The notes beneath the pieces are model-generated. The model worked only from the letters and a program-made list of their open reading frames with translations. It was not told the DNA's origin and did no database searches. Positions 35,127 through 44,444 of a DNA stretch of 64,000 nt are shown piece by piece. The position numbers and the translations under genes were made by a program. Source of the stretch: Planctomycetota bacterium (GTDB taxonomy: Bacteria > Planctomycetota > UBA1135 > UBA2386); assembly GCA_039815565.1 (NCBI GenBank), contig JBCBZB010000001.1, forward strand, positions 119,066-183,065. The letters are read 5' to 3'. Numbering within the stretch: position 1 is the stretch's first letter; each line of letters begins with the position of its first letter.

Positions 35127-36299
35127 GTGATGGCACTGGTTCCAATCCAATACAACCTGCGCAGCCTGATCGTCCGCCGTGGCTCGACGATGCTGACCGT
35201 CATCAGCATCGGCGCGACGATCGGCGTGCTGTCCGCAGTCCTCTCGTTGCAGACGGGCTTCGAGAACGTCTTCACTGAGCGGGGCCGGGAGGATCTGGCG
35301 GTCGTCCTGCGCACTGGCGCGGGGTCGGAGGGTGAGTCGAGTCTGCAACGCAAGGACATCGACCTACTCACGAAGGGCTCGGAGGAGTTCGCGGTCGACG
35401 AGAACGGCGACCCCATCGCCTCGGCGGAGAGCTACCTGGCGATCCGTCGCCGCAAGTTCGACGGAGGTGAGACCAACGTCGCGATCCGCGGGGTGCAGCA
35501 AGGCACCTTCGCCGTGCACGGTGACGAACTTCGTCTCCTCGACGGCCGGCGCTTCGAGCCTGGTACGGACGAAGTGATCATCGGCAAGCGTCTGCTCGGT
35601 CGCTTCCCCGACGCGCAGATCGGCGAGACGATGAACCTGAACCTGACCCCGTTCCGCGTGGTCGGGGTGTTCGAAGGGCCGGGTGCGTTCGAGACCGAGA
35701 TCTGGGGCGACGTGGACCGCGTGCTGGCAGCGCTCGATCGCACGGTCTTCAATCGCGTCATCGGGAAGCTGAAGGACGGCGTCAGCGCTGAGCAATTCAA
35801 CGAGCGGCTCGAGGCCGACAAGCGCATCTCGGCGAAGGCAGTCGATGAGGTTACCTACCTGAAGGGCCAGACCGTCGCGCTGACCGGGTTGTTCAAGTTC
35901 CTCGGCGGATTCCTGTTCTTCGTGATGGGCCTTGCGGCGATCTTCACCGGGCTCAACTCGATCTACGCCTCGATCTCTGCGCGCCGACGAGAAGTCGGCA
36001 TCCTTCTCGCGACTGGCTACCGACCATTCTCGGTCTTCCTCTCGTTCTGGTTGGAGTCGGCGATGATCGGCTTGCTCGGCGGCTTGTTCGGCATCCTGCT
36101 GGTGCTGCCGCTGAACGGCCTCGAGACCGGCACGACGAACTTCCAGACCTTCACCGAGGTGGCGTTCGAGTTTCAGGTCGACAGCACGGTCCTGATGGTC
36201 GCGTTGATCTCAGCGGTCGTGCTGGGTCTCGTCGGCGGCGCGCTACCGGCCTGGAAGGCCGCGCGGATGGAAGTCACCGACGCACTACGCCGCGCCTGA
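35127..36299 (+). CDS. ABC transporter permease, FtsX/MacB-type (permease 2)
   Basis: Same architecture as permease 1 (IQYNLRSLIVRRGSTMLTVISIGATIGVL; REVGILLATGYRPFSVF) but clearly divergent in sequence. Confidence 0.9.
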   Translation: MMALVPIQYNLRSLIVRRGSTMLTVISIGATIGVLSAVLSLQTGFENVFTERGREDLAVVLRTGAGSEGESSLQRKDIDLLTKGSEEFAVDENGDPIASAESYLAIRRRKFDGGETNVAIRGVQQGTFAVHGDELRLLDGRRFEPGTDEVIIGKRLLGRFPDAQIGETMNLNLTPFRVVGVFEGPGAFETEIWGDVDRVLAALDRTVFNRVIGKLKDGVSAEQFNERLEADKRISAKAVDEVTYLKGQTVALTGLFKFLGGFLFFVMGLAAIFTGLNSIYASISARRREVGILLATGYRPFSVFLSFWLESAMIGLLGGLFGILLVLPLNGLETGTTNFQTFTEVAFEFQVDSTVLMVALISAVVLGLVGGALPAWKAARMEVTDALRRA

Positions 36300-36336
36300 A
36301 CGTCGTTTCGTCGGTGGGCGTCGCTATCCTCGCGGA

Positions 36337-37908
36337 ATGGCGACGCTCCCATGCTCTCTCTCGCTGGCGTTCCTGCTCCTCGCCGGGTGCGCTCAGACCA
36401 CGCCGGTTGCGCCCGATGAGGGGGGTGCGCAGACGAACCGCCCGAACGTCGTCCTGATTTACGGCGACGACGTGGGCTACGCGGATCTTGGTGTCTACGG
36501 AGCGACCAAGATCCCGACGCCGAACCTCGACGCGTTGGCGGCCGAGGGGCTGCGGTTCACCGATGGTCACTGCGAGGCGGCGACCTGCACGCCGTCGCGG
36601 TTCTCCTTGTTGACGGGCGTGCATGCGTTCCGTCACGGAGTGCGAGTCCTGCCGCCGAACGCGCCGTCGACGATCGAGCCCGGGACTTTCACGTTGCCGG
36701 AGATGTTCCGGCAAGCGGGCTACCGGACCGCGGTCGTCGGCAAGTGGCACCTCGGACTTGGAGCGAAGGGCACGCCGGTCGATTGGAATGGCGAGGTCTC
36801 GCCAGGTCCCCTCGACCTCGGCTTCGACGAGTCGTTCCTCTTGCCGTCGACAAACGATCGTGTGCCTTGCGTCTACCTCGACGGTCGGCGGGTCGCCGGG
36901 CTGGATCCCGAGGATCCGCTCTACGTCGGGAAGGAGCCACCCGCGGGCTTCGACGGCACGGTCTACCCACACGGCAAGGAAGACCGGGCTGCGATGACCT
37001 ACTACGCGAGCACCCAGGGGCATGCGGATTCGGTGATCGGTGGCATCGGTCGCATCGGCTTCCAGTGGGGCGGGCAGTCTGCGCTCTGGAACGACGAGAC
37101 GATGGCGGACGTGTTCGTCGATCGGGCGAAGGACTTCCTCGCGCGCCAATCCAGCAAGGACTCCGGAGGGCAGCCGTTCTTCCTCTACTTCTCCTCGCAA
37201 GACATCCACGTTCCGCGGACACCGCACCCGCGCTTCCGCGGTGCGTCCGACCTCGGCTACCGCGGCGATGCGATGGTGCAGCTCGACTGGGCCGTCGGGC
37301 AGATCCTCGAGTCACTCGACGAGCAGGGGCTCCGCGAGAACACGATCGTGATCTTCTCGAGCGACAACGGGCCGGTCTACGACGACGGCTATGACGACGG
37401 CACGACCGTGTTCACGTCGCGAGAGGAGGTCGACCGCGGGCACGATGGGTCCGGTCCGTTCCGCGGCGGCAAGTACCAGATCTACGAGGGAGGAACGCGG
37501 GTTCCGTTTCTCGTGCGTTGGCCCGGGGAGGTCGAACCGGGCGTCTCGGACGCGATGGTGAACCAGATCGACTTCCTGGCCTCGTTCGCCTCGATGCTCG
37601 GCGTCGAGATCCCGGAGGGCCAGGCGATCGACAGCCGGGACTCGATGGAGGCACTGCTTGGTCAGGACCCAGAGGGCCTTTCGTTCATGCTCGAAGAGGC
37701 GCGCCGACTTGCGATCCGCACGAAGCGCCACAAGTTCATCCGCGGCCGCCGACCCGACGAGGTTGGCGAGCTCTACGACCTCGAGGTCGATCCGGGCGAG
37801 TCGGACAATCTGATCGAGGCTCAGCCAGAGATCGCCGAAGACCTGCACACGCTGCTCGATCGGATCGTTGAGGATCCGGAGGGGATGCGAGGCTTCGACC
37901 GCGGGTGA
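36337..37908 (+). CDS. Arylsulfatase-family lipoprotein (formylglycine-dependent sulfatase)
   Basis: Lipobox LLLAGC. PNVVLIYGDDVGYADLG. Sulfatase signature CTPSRFSLLTG (C-x-P-x-R). GKWHLG. Confidence 0.9.
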   Translation: MATLPCSLSLAFLLLAGCAQTTPVAPDEGGAQTNRPNVVLIYGDDVGYADLGVYGATKIPTPNLDALAAEGLRFTDGHCEAATCTPSRFSLLTGVHAFRHGVRVLPPNAPSTIEPGTFTLPEMFRQAGYRTAVVGKWHLGLGAKGTPVDWNGEVSPGPLDLGFDESFLLPSTNDRVPCVYLDGRRVAGLDPEDPLYVGKEPPAGFDGTVYPHGKEDRAAMTYYASTQGHADSVIGGIGRIGFQWGGQSALWNDETMADVFVDRAKDFLARQSSKDSGGQPFFLYFSSQDIHVPRTPHPRFRGASDLGYRGDAMVQLDWAVGQILESLDEQGLRENTIVIFSSDNGPVYDDGYDDGTTVFTSREEVDRGHDGSGPFRGGKYQIYEGGTRVPFLVRWPGEVEPGVSDAMVNQIDFLASFASMLGVEIPEGQAIDSRDSMEALLGQDPEGLSFMLEEARRLAIRTKRHKFIRGRRPDEVGELYDLEVDPGESDNLIEAQPEIAEDLHTLLDRIVEDPEGMRGFDRG

Positions 37909-37914
37909 CCCAGC

Positions 37915-38661
37915 TCAGCGGGCGTGTTCTTCGGCGAGCCAGAATTCGAAGAAGACCGACTCGTCGAATTCCTCGCTGAGGATGTGTCCTTCGCCTTCGA
38001 AGACCATGAGTTGGCAATCGATCCCGAGCGCTCCGAGCCGGGCTTCGAGAGAGCGTGACTCCTCGAGCCACCCTCCGTCTTCCGAGCCGACGGCGAGGAG
38101 GACGCGCTTCTGGGCGAGCGCGTTCCCGAGCGCTTCGTCTCCTGGGTCAGGCGCTGGCAAGGCCGGCGCTCCGAGAAAGCTCGTGTAACGCTCGGGTTGT
38201 TCGAGGAGCCAGCGGAACGCCGAGCGGCCGCCGTTCGAGGTGCCGGCGAGGTGGACCGGTGAACGCTCGGACGCACGCTCATCAATCACCCGGCGAAGCG
38301 CGGTCTGCACGCGTTCGCCTTCATCTGACAGATCGCCGTCCTGTGTGTAGGGAACGAGCAGCCACACTTGCTCGCGGCCCTTGCCCTTGCTCAGCCAGCG
38401 TTCGAAGGTCGGCATCGCGTGGTCGCGGATACCGGCACCGCCGGGCACGAAGAGCACGACTGGAGCGTGGCGCTCGCGGTTGACCGGAGGCGAGAGTAGG
38501 AACGGTGCGCCAGGCCCATCCGAGACCTCCCAGAGACCGATCGCCGCGCTCGGTGGATCCGGGATCGGCTCGGGTTCGGCGACGTTGACCGCGTCGGTTG
38601 CGCAGCCGGCCGTGAAGAAGAGGGCGAGGAAGGCGATCCCGGTCGCGGAGCGGTTCATCAT
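37915..38661 (-). CDS. Lipoprotein alpha/beta-hydrolase (carboxylesterase / dienelactone-hydrolase-like)
   Basis: Lipobox LFFTAGC. Nucleophile elbow HLAGTSNGG. Distal EGEGH. The start overlaps the upstream stop (ATGA). Confidence 0.7.
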   Translation of the reverse strand: MMNRSATGIAFLALFFTAGCATDAVNVAEPEPIPDPPSAAIGLWEVSDGPGAPFLLSPPVNRERHAPVVLFVPGGAGIRDHAMPTFERWLSKGKGREQVWLLVPYTQDGDLSDEGERVQTALRRVIDERASERSPVHLAGTSNGGRSAFRWLLEQPERYTSFLGAPALPAPDPGDEALGNALAQKRVLLAVGSEDGGWLEESRSLEARLGALGIDCQLMVFEGEGHILSEEFDESVFFEFWLAEEHAR

Positions 38662-39419
38662 CGGTCGAGCCGTTCGATCGCGGCCGGGTCAGCCTTCAGG
38701 ACGAGCAACGGGCCGCTGCGTTCGACCTGGCCACGGATCCGGATCGGGGCTGCGACGTGGTCGAGCACCCGGTCGTTGACGGCCTCACCGTCCGGTCCGA
38801 CGAGCACGAACTCCTGTCTCGTCCCGTCGTCGGCGCGCACGAGCAGGATCGGCGGAATGCCTCCGCGGATGCAGTGAATTGCACAGGCTCGGTGCGTCTT
38901 CAGCGTGCCGGGATTCATCACGCCGAGGTAGCACTTCGAGTCGACGATCTCGCCTTCGAGGGTGTGTTCGCCGAGCGGCACAGGCTCGGAGACTTCGATT
39001 ACGTCCGGCGTGTCGGCTTCGCGGATCGAGGAGGACACCGCCTCGAGCATCGCCTGTCCGCCCTCGACGTAGATGCGGGTGCCTTGCAGCTCGACCTGCT
39101 TGAGGTGCAGTTGCTTTGCCTGCTCTTCGTCGATCCCGAACTTCCACTCGTCGACGAGCAAGAACACCGAGGCCTTGGTCGTCGGATCCCGTTCGGCGAG
39201 ACAGAGCATCGGGACGGGCTCCGCGACGAAGAGACCGCGGAACGTCTCGACGTTGCCGAACTCGAAGTTCGCTCCCTGGATCGGTTGCGATTGATTCGCG
39301 GCGATCAGCGCGGTGGCGCCGAGGCCGAGGACCAGGAAGGCCAATCCGGCCCGCAGGCTCTGCCTTCGATGGCCCGGGGCGGAGGTGTCGGCGTAGCCGA
39401 TGAAGAAGTCATCGCTCAT
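38658..39419 (-). CDS. Membrane-anchored protein with a conserved-looking Cys motif, family unknown
   Basis: N-terminal TM LRAGLAFLVLGLGATALIA. C-terminal motif DSKCYLGVMNPGTLKTHRACAIHCIRGGIPPILLV. GC3 is high. Translationally coupled to the downstream esterase. Confidence 0.75.
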   Translation of the reverse strand: MSDDFFIGYADTSAPGHRRQSLRAGLAFLVLGLGATALIAANQSQPIQGANFEFGNVETFRGLFVAEPVPMLCLAERDPTTKASVFLLVDEWKFGIDEEQAKQLHLKQVELQGTRIYVEGGQAMLEAVSSSIREADTPDVIEVSEPVPLGEHTLEGEIVDSKCYLGVMNPGTLKTHRACAIHCIRGGIPPILLVRADDGTRQEFVLVGPDGEAVNDRVLDHVAAPIRIRGQVERSGPLLVLKADPAAIERLDR

Positions 39420-39458
39420 TCAGCGAGCGACGATAGCGCGATTGCACCTCGTTGGCTC

Positions 39459-40742
39459 TCAGCGCAGCGGGCGCCGCGTGCCGCGACGTTCGGCGATGCG
39501 TCGGCCGCCCGAGGCTCGGCCGGACTCGCTTCGACTCGAATCTGCGCGTCCCGAGCCGCCCAGTCCGAGGTCCTCGAGTCCGTCCATCTCGTTGCTGGTC
39601 CGGTCGGTCTTGCGTCGAGACATGCGGTCCATGCCCTGAGCGCCCTGCGGGGACGCTGCGCGGGGCCGGGTGCCAGCGGCTGGCGGCTGAGCCTGGCGGC
39701 GGACGTCGTCGGGTCGGTTGGCCTTGGCGACGGCGTCGTCGAAGCTGATCTCGCCGCGGTTGACGAGGTCGATCAGCGTCGCCTCGAGCGAGGCCATGCC
39801 TTGGGACTTGCCGGTCTGCAGCAGGTTCAGGATCTGCGAGGTCTTGCCTTCGCGAACCAGCGAGCGGACGCCGTCGGTCGCGATCAGGATCTCGTGAGCC
39901 GCGATGCGGCCCCCGCCGACTTTCGGGACCAGGCACTGCGAGATCACGCCCTGCAGCGTCGAGCTCAGTTGCACGCGGACCTGTTGCTGCTGGTCGGTCG
40001 GGAACACGTCGACGATGCGGTCGACGGTCTGGATCGCACTCGTCGTGTGCAGCGTGCCGAACACCAGGTGGCCGGTCTCAGCGGCCGAGATCGCCATCGA
40101 GATCGTCTCCAGGTCGCGCATCTCACCGATCAAGATCACGTCCGGGTCCTGGCGCAGTGCGCGGCGCAGGCCCTCGCGGAAGCTCTTGCAGTCACTGCCG
40201 ATGTTGCGCTGCGTGACGAAGCACTTCTTGTCGGGGTGCACGAACTCGAGCGGGTCCTCCATCGTGAGGATGTGGCCGGTCTCGTTCGAGTTGATGTAGT
40301 CGATCATCGCGGCGAGCGTCGTCGACTTGCCGCTACCGGTCGGCCCGGTGACGAGGACGAGACCACGCGGCTTGCCAGCGAGGTCGAGGCAGATCTGCGG
40401 CAGGCCGAGCTCCTGGGCGTTCGGGATCTTGTCCGGGATCACCCGCGCCACCAGGCCGTAGGCGCCACGCTGGGTCAGAGCGTTCACGCGGAAGCGAGCG
40501 CAGTCCTTGACCGCGACCGCGAAGTCGATGTCCTTCTCCTCCTCGAAGGACGCCCACTGATCCTCGGACATCAACTCGCGGAGCAGGCGCTCCGTATCAT
40601 CCGGCATCAGCTTGCCGAACTCTTCCTGCGGCTGGATGCCGCCGTTCATGCGGAAGCCCGGCGGCGAGCCGGCCTTCAGGTGCAGGTCCGAGGCGCCTTG
40701 CGACACGAGGCCGCGGAGTAGATCGAAGATGCTGGTCGTCAA
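39459..40742 (-). CDS. pilT: Type IV pilus retraction-type ATPase PilT/PilU with a roughly 80-aa basic low-complexity C-terminal extension
   Basis: ASDLHLKAGSPP. Walker A GPTGSGKST. Walker B ILIGEMRD. His box GHLVFGTLHT. PilT-type motif GVRSLVREGKTSQI. Start tentatively TTG 40742 (LTTSIFDLL). The track ORF extends to 40898, overlapping the upstream gene's end. Confidence 0.85.
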   Translation of the reverse strand: MTTSIFDLLRGLVSQGASDLHLKAGSPPGFRMNGGIQPQEEFGKLMPDDTERLLRELMSEDQWASFEEEKDIDFAVAVKDCARFRVNALTQRGAYGLVARVIPDKIPNAQELGLPQICLDLAGKPRGLVLVTGPTGSGKSTTLAAMIDYINSNETGHILTMEDPLEFVHPDKKCFVTQRNIGSDCKSFREGLRRALRQDPDVILIGEMRDLETISMAISAAETGHLVFGTLHTTSAIQTVDRIVDVFPTDQQQQVRVQLSSTLQGVISQCLVPKVGGGRIAAHEILIATDGVRSLVREGKTSQILNLLQTGKSQGMASLEATLIDLVNRGEISFDDAVAKANRPDDVRRQAQPPAAGTRPRAASPQGAQGMDRMSRRKTDRTSNEMDGLEDLGLGGSGRADSSRSESGRASGGRRIAERRGTRRPLR

Positions 40743-40854
40743 AGTTGCCTGATTCCCTGAGTCGTGGAGTGACTCAGGGATCGGCGAGCGGTGTTGCGAA
40801 ACTTGACGGCTCCCGGCGATGTGTGTCGGGAATCGCGACACCACGGGGCGGATC

Positions 40855-43284
40855 TCAGCTCCCGGCTGAGGTGTTTCCCCTAGTTGCTGAGGCGCCATCG
40901 TTCGGCGTCGGCGTCGGCGGACTCTGGTTGTTGCCGTTCTGTCCGGCGCGCTCTCCGCCCAGCTCGATCTGCACGGAGTTGAGGTCCAGCTGCACCCGGT
41001 TGTTGTTGCGATTCGTGGAGCTCGGCGTCGTAGAGGGCGAGCCAGTGGACGTTGATCTCATCGAACTCATGACCGCGGCTCGAGCGTCTGCTGTGGCGAA
41101 GCTGAAGCGCGGCTGAAGTGCGAACTCCTGCACGCGACGCTGACGGATGCGGTTGTCGAAAGCGGCGAATGCGTCCATGGCACCGTCTTGATTCGGTGCG
41201 ACGCCGTTGTCTGCCATCACGACCTCGATGAACGCGTTGATTTCCCCGAATGTCACCACTCCATCCTGGTCGACTCGAACCGAATCCGACACGTCGATGC
41301 TTTGAAGATCGAGGACGACATCGCCGGACCCGCTGCCGATGCGCCTCCACGAGGAGGGGCTAGAACCGATCCCATGGAGGCGCGCCCAGGTCCAGGTTGC
41401 GAAGGGAAGCGTCGCCTCGTCCTTGGTCTCGAGCAGAACGCCCGGCGGGCCCTGGACGCGAACCCCGACCGTGGCAGTCGAGTCCGCCAATGCCGTGATC
41501 GCTTCCTTGACCGTTTCGACTCGTTCGTTGAATCGGGTGTCGAGAGCGAGGAACGGCTCGATGGAGTCTCCGTCCTTCAATTCCTCGAGACCGTTTCGAA
41601 CCATCCCCATGCGCGTTCCTTCGAGTCCGACGAACTCCGCTGCGTTCACGTGGTATTGGCCGAAGGCCCGGTCGATGCGAAGTGGTTGACTCCAGCGACC
41701 GCGCCAGATCGGTACGGTTACCTGATGCGAAACCGCGGTGTTGCAGGTTGAGAGCCGGTCTACCGGTTTGGTCAACGCCCAACGCAGGAACGACTCCGTT
41801 CCTGGAATCCCCCGAGGGGGAGAGAAGTCTCCGGCTTGATCACGAAGCCCCGGAGCGAAGTAGCACTCTTGGCTCACGGAGAGCTGCTTCTCGTCGACAC
41901 TACGCGCGGTCGCGAGTGTAGGAATCGAAGAGCCACCACTGGTCCTGGCGACCAAGAACTCATCGATCGTGTTCGTGATCGCGGCCGACGGCCAATCGAG
42001 ATTCCGGAGAGACTCGAGTTCTGCCGGATCTAGTTCCAAGAGCTCCGTGGGTTCTACCTCGACTGCTCCTGAGCTACTCGTTTCCTGGAATGCTGCGCGG
42101 ACGATGCGAGTGTCGTCTGCTGCGAACTGCTCGAACCGCAGCGACCCGAGTTGCCGCGAGAGCCGTGTGGCCAGGTCCGCGGCATCTCTCGAGTTTCCGG
42201 TCTCGGGGGGCGTGCTGACACTCGTGTTGCCCGCTGCGAGTGCATGGCCGGTTCCAGAGTCGTTCCGGACGAGAACGATCGCTGTCAGAACACGGCTTCG
42301 TGGCTGGAGATCCTGTTCCTCGTCAGTCGGAACCACGGAAGGGCGGAAGCGAACTCGGATCTGATTGGCGGCCGGAAACCCGACGATGAGCGTCTTGTTC
42401 TCTCGAAGGCCTTCAAGTCGGCGCGCGAGTTCGTTGATGCGCTTGATGGATCCACGCGCAGCTGCAGGTCCTCCCTGTCCCGAGGCCTCCAAGGTTGACT
42501 TGAAGGAATCGAATGTCGCCCGGAACTGGTCGAGTGTCTGAGAGGTTTCGAGCGGAGAGACTGTCAGGACCCGAACGTCATTGGCGTTTTCGCCGAGCGT
42601 GAGTTCCGCGATCGCATCGTATTGATGGTATCGGGTGTAGTAGCCGGGCTCCGCGCTCACGGTGAAGTGCACCTTGTAGGGTACGTAGTCACCTAGATGA
42701 CCCGTGTCGTAGTCGATTCCCTCGACGTTGAAGTACTCCTCGAGGTTGACCATGTAGGTCTTGTAGGCCGCTACGAGTGATGCGACCTGGTCAGGAGAGA
42801 GACGGTAGGAGTTGTCCGATCGTTCGAGCAGTGTTTGGAGCGCACTAGCCACTGATGAGGGTGCGGTGAGTTGTGACCCGTTCGTGGACTCCGGCACGTC
42901 GGGTGTTTCGAACGTCCGTTCCTGGTTCCGGTCCAAGGTCTGTTCCAGTTCGCCGTTCTGCAGCGCTTCCGTGACGGTCTCCGTTCCGGAAACCGCTGTG
43001 CCTGCGAGCTCGGCGACCAAGGCGAGTTCCGTTCCCGAGTAGCGAGCTTCGGACAGGCTCACGATCGGCGAATTGATCCAGTCTGCGAGTCGTTCTTCGT
43101 CCGACAGGTCTCCGAAGGAGAGTCGACGGTCGTCGCCTGGGAGTGCGTCGAGCGGTGTGAACAGTGGACTCGAAATCGTCACCGAACCGACAGCGTCGGG
43201 GTAACGGTCGGAGTCTGAGGTCGGGAGGTACGTGCATGCGGCTATCCCCAAGGGGAGCGCCGCCAAGAGAGAATGGCGTTTCAT
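40855..43284 (-). CDS. Large lipoprotein (809 aa), function unknown
   Basis: Start moved to ATG 43284. Signal plus lipobox: MKRHSLLAALPLGIAAC-TY. The body is long and non-repetitive with high GC3, and the C-terminus is S/T/N/P-rich. No family recognised. Confidence 0.8.
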   Translation of the reverse strand: MKRHSLLAALPLGIAACTYLPTSDSDRYPDAVGSVTISSPLFTPLDALPGDDRRLSFGDLSDEERLADWINSPIVSLSEARYSGTELALVAELAGTAVSGTETVTEALQNGELEQTLDRNQERTFETPDVPESTNGSQLTAPSSVASALQTLLERSDNSYRLSPDQVASLVAAYKTYMVNLEEYFNVEGIDYDTGHLGDYVPYKVHFTVSAEPGYYTRYHQYDAIAELTLGENANDVRVLTVSPLETSQTLDQFRATFDSFKSTLEASGQGGPAAARGSIKRINELARRLEGLRENKTLIVGFPAANQIRVRFRPSVVPTDEEQDLQPRSRVLTAIVLVRNDSGTGHALAAGNTSVSTPPETGNSRDAADLATRLSRQLGSLRFEQFAADDTRIVRAAFQETSSSGAVEVEPTELLELDPAELESLRNLDWPSAAITNTIDEFLVARTSGGSSIPTLATARSVDEKQLSVSQECYFAPGLRDQAGDFSPPRGIPGTESFLRWALTKPVDRLSTCNTAVSHQVTVPIWRGRWSQPLRIDRAFGQYHVNAAEFVGLEGTRMGMVRNGLEELKDGDSIEPFLALDTRFNERVETVKEAITALADSTATVGVRVQGPPGVLLETKDEATLPFATWTWARLHGIGSSPSSWRRIGSGSGDVVLDLQSIDVSDSVRVDQDGVVTFGEINAFIEVVMADNGVAPNQDGAMDAFAAFDNRIRQRRVQEFALQPRFSFATADARAAVMSSMRSTSTGSPSTTPSSTNRNNNRVQLDLNSVQIELGGERAGQNGNNQSPPTPTPNDGASATRGNTSAGS

Positions 43285-43394
43285 GGTTCGAGTGCAGGCC
43301 GGCAGGCACAGCGCCGGCACTCGCGGGAGCGCGATCCCTCGAGGGGGCGAAGCAGGAATTCCCCAGGACCTGTTTCTGACCCGATCCTCGCCGA

Positions 43395-44438
43395 TCAGTC
43401 GGTCGTCTGATCGGTCAGCACTGGCTCTGTCCGAAGCCCGGGCTCCCGTGGCGTCGGGTCGACGAAGACGTCCTCGCCCCGCAGCACGACCTGGAAGGTC
43501 GGGACCTTCTCGGTGAACGGGGGCGGAGAGGCGCCGTCTTCCGGGCGGTACTGGTAGCCGTGCCAGGGGCAGGTGATGCAGCCATCGACGATCTTGCCTT
43601 CGCCGAGGGGGCCGTTCTGGTGCTGGCACACGTTGCTGACCGCTGAGAGCTTGCCGCCGTACTTGAAGACCGCGATTCGCTCGCCGCTGACGCAGGCGAT
43701 GCGCGCGCGATCTTCGGGGATCTCGTCAACCTTGCAGACGAACGCGAGTCCGTCTTTGCCGGCCGGGCTGCGTTCGCGATCGAGCGGAGCTTCCTTGAAG
43801 CCCGCCGTCACATGCAGGAATCCGAGCGACACGATGCCAAAGCCCATCGCGAAGAATCCTGCTGATCCCTGCTCCGCTTGCAGGTAGCCGAAGGTGACGT
43901 GTACGCACAGCAACGCATACGCGAGATAGACCAGCATGTGGATCGCCTTCCACACCGGCGCGGTGAGGTTGCGCAGCCAGAAGTCGTGGCTGGTCACCGC
44001 CATCACGAACAGGATCAGGAGCGCGAGGAATCCGAAGGGCTGGAACGGGAAGTCGACGACTGAGTCGCCGGTCTCGGTCGTGAAGATCGAGACGAAGACG
44101 TTTCGGTCGGAACCGAAGTGGTACGTCATCGTCGCGAGCAGTCCGTGCAGGAATGCGAGCACGAACATCGTCACGCCGAAGTGCCTGCGGTTGTAGAGCA
44201 GCGGCAGGAAGCGGCGGTCGAGTCTGGTCAGCGGTCCGATCGCGAGGATCAGGTGGAGAAGCACGAATCCGGCGACGGCCGTCGCGCGCATGAGCGCGAT
44301 CTCGTCGGTGATGTCCGGATGGATCGACTTGCTGATCCCGACGAACGCGGCGAGAAACGTCGCGACGAAGCCCGCGAGTAGCAGGTCAACCCGCTTCTTG
44401 AAGCGGTTCCATCCGACGGCGCGGTACGACTCGGACAT
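43395..44438 (-). CDS. Fusion protein: ferric-reductase-like (MsrQ/YedZ-type) haem-b transmembrane domain + C-terminal Rieske [2Fe-2S] domain
   Basis: About 6 TM segments carry conserved-position His residues (HLILAIGPL, FLHGLL, IHMLVYLAYALLCVH). A Rieske motif follows: CQHQNGPL-(x)-CPWHGYQY (C-x-H...C-x-x-H). Confidence 0.8.
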   Translation of the reverse strand: MSESYRAVGWNRFKKRVDLLLAGFVATFLAAFVGISKSIHPDITDEIALMRATAVAGFVLLHLILAIGPLTRLDRRFLPLLYNRRHFGVTMFVLAFLHGLLATMTYHFGSDRNVFVSIFTTETGDSVVDFPFQPFGFLALLILFVMAVTSHDFWLRNLTAPVWKAIHMLVYLAYALLCVHVTFGYLQAEQGSAGFFAMGFGIVSLGFLHVTAGFKEAPLDRERSPAGKDGLAFVCKVDEIPEDRARIACVSGERIAVFKYGGKLSAVSNVCQHQNGPLGEGKIVDGCITCPWHGYQYRPEDGASPPPFTEKVPTFQVVLRGEDVFVDPTPREPGLRTEPVLTDQTTD

Positions 44439-44444
44439 CTCGCC

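Noticed and set aside
41180-41300. An EF-hand- or dockerin-like Ca-binding loop (VDQDGVVTFGEINAF) near the C-terminus of the 809-aa lipoprotein.
   Set aside because: The spacing of acidic ligands does not fit the 12-residue EF-hand loop: position 5 is hydrophobic and there is no Glu at position 12. I treat it as a chance resemblance.
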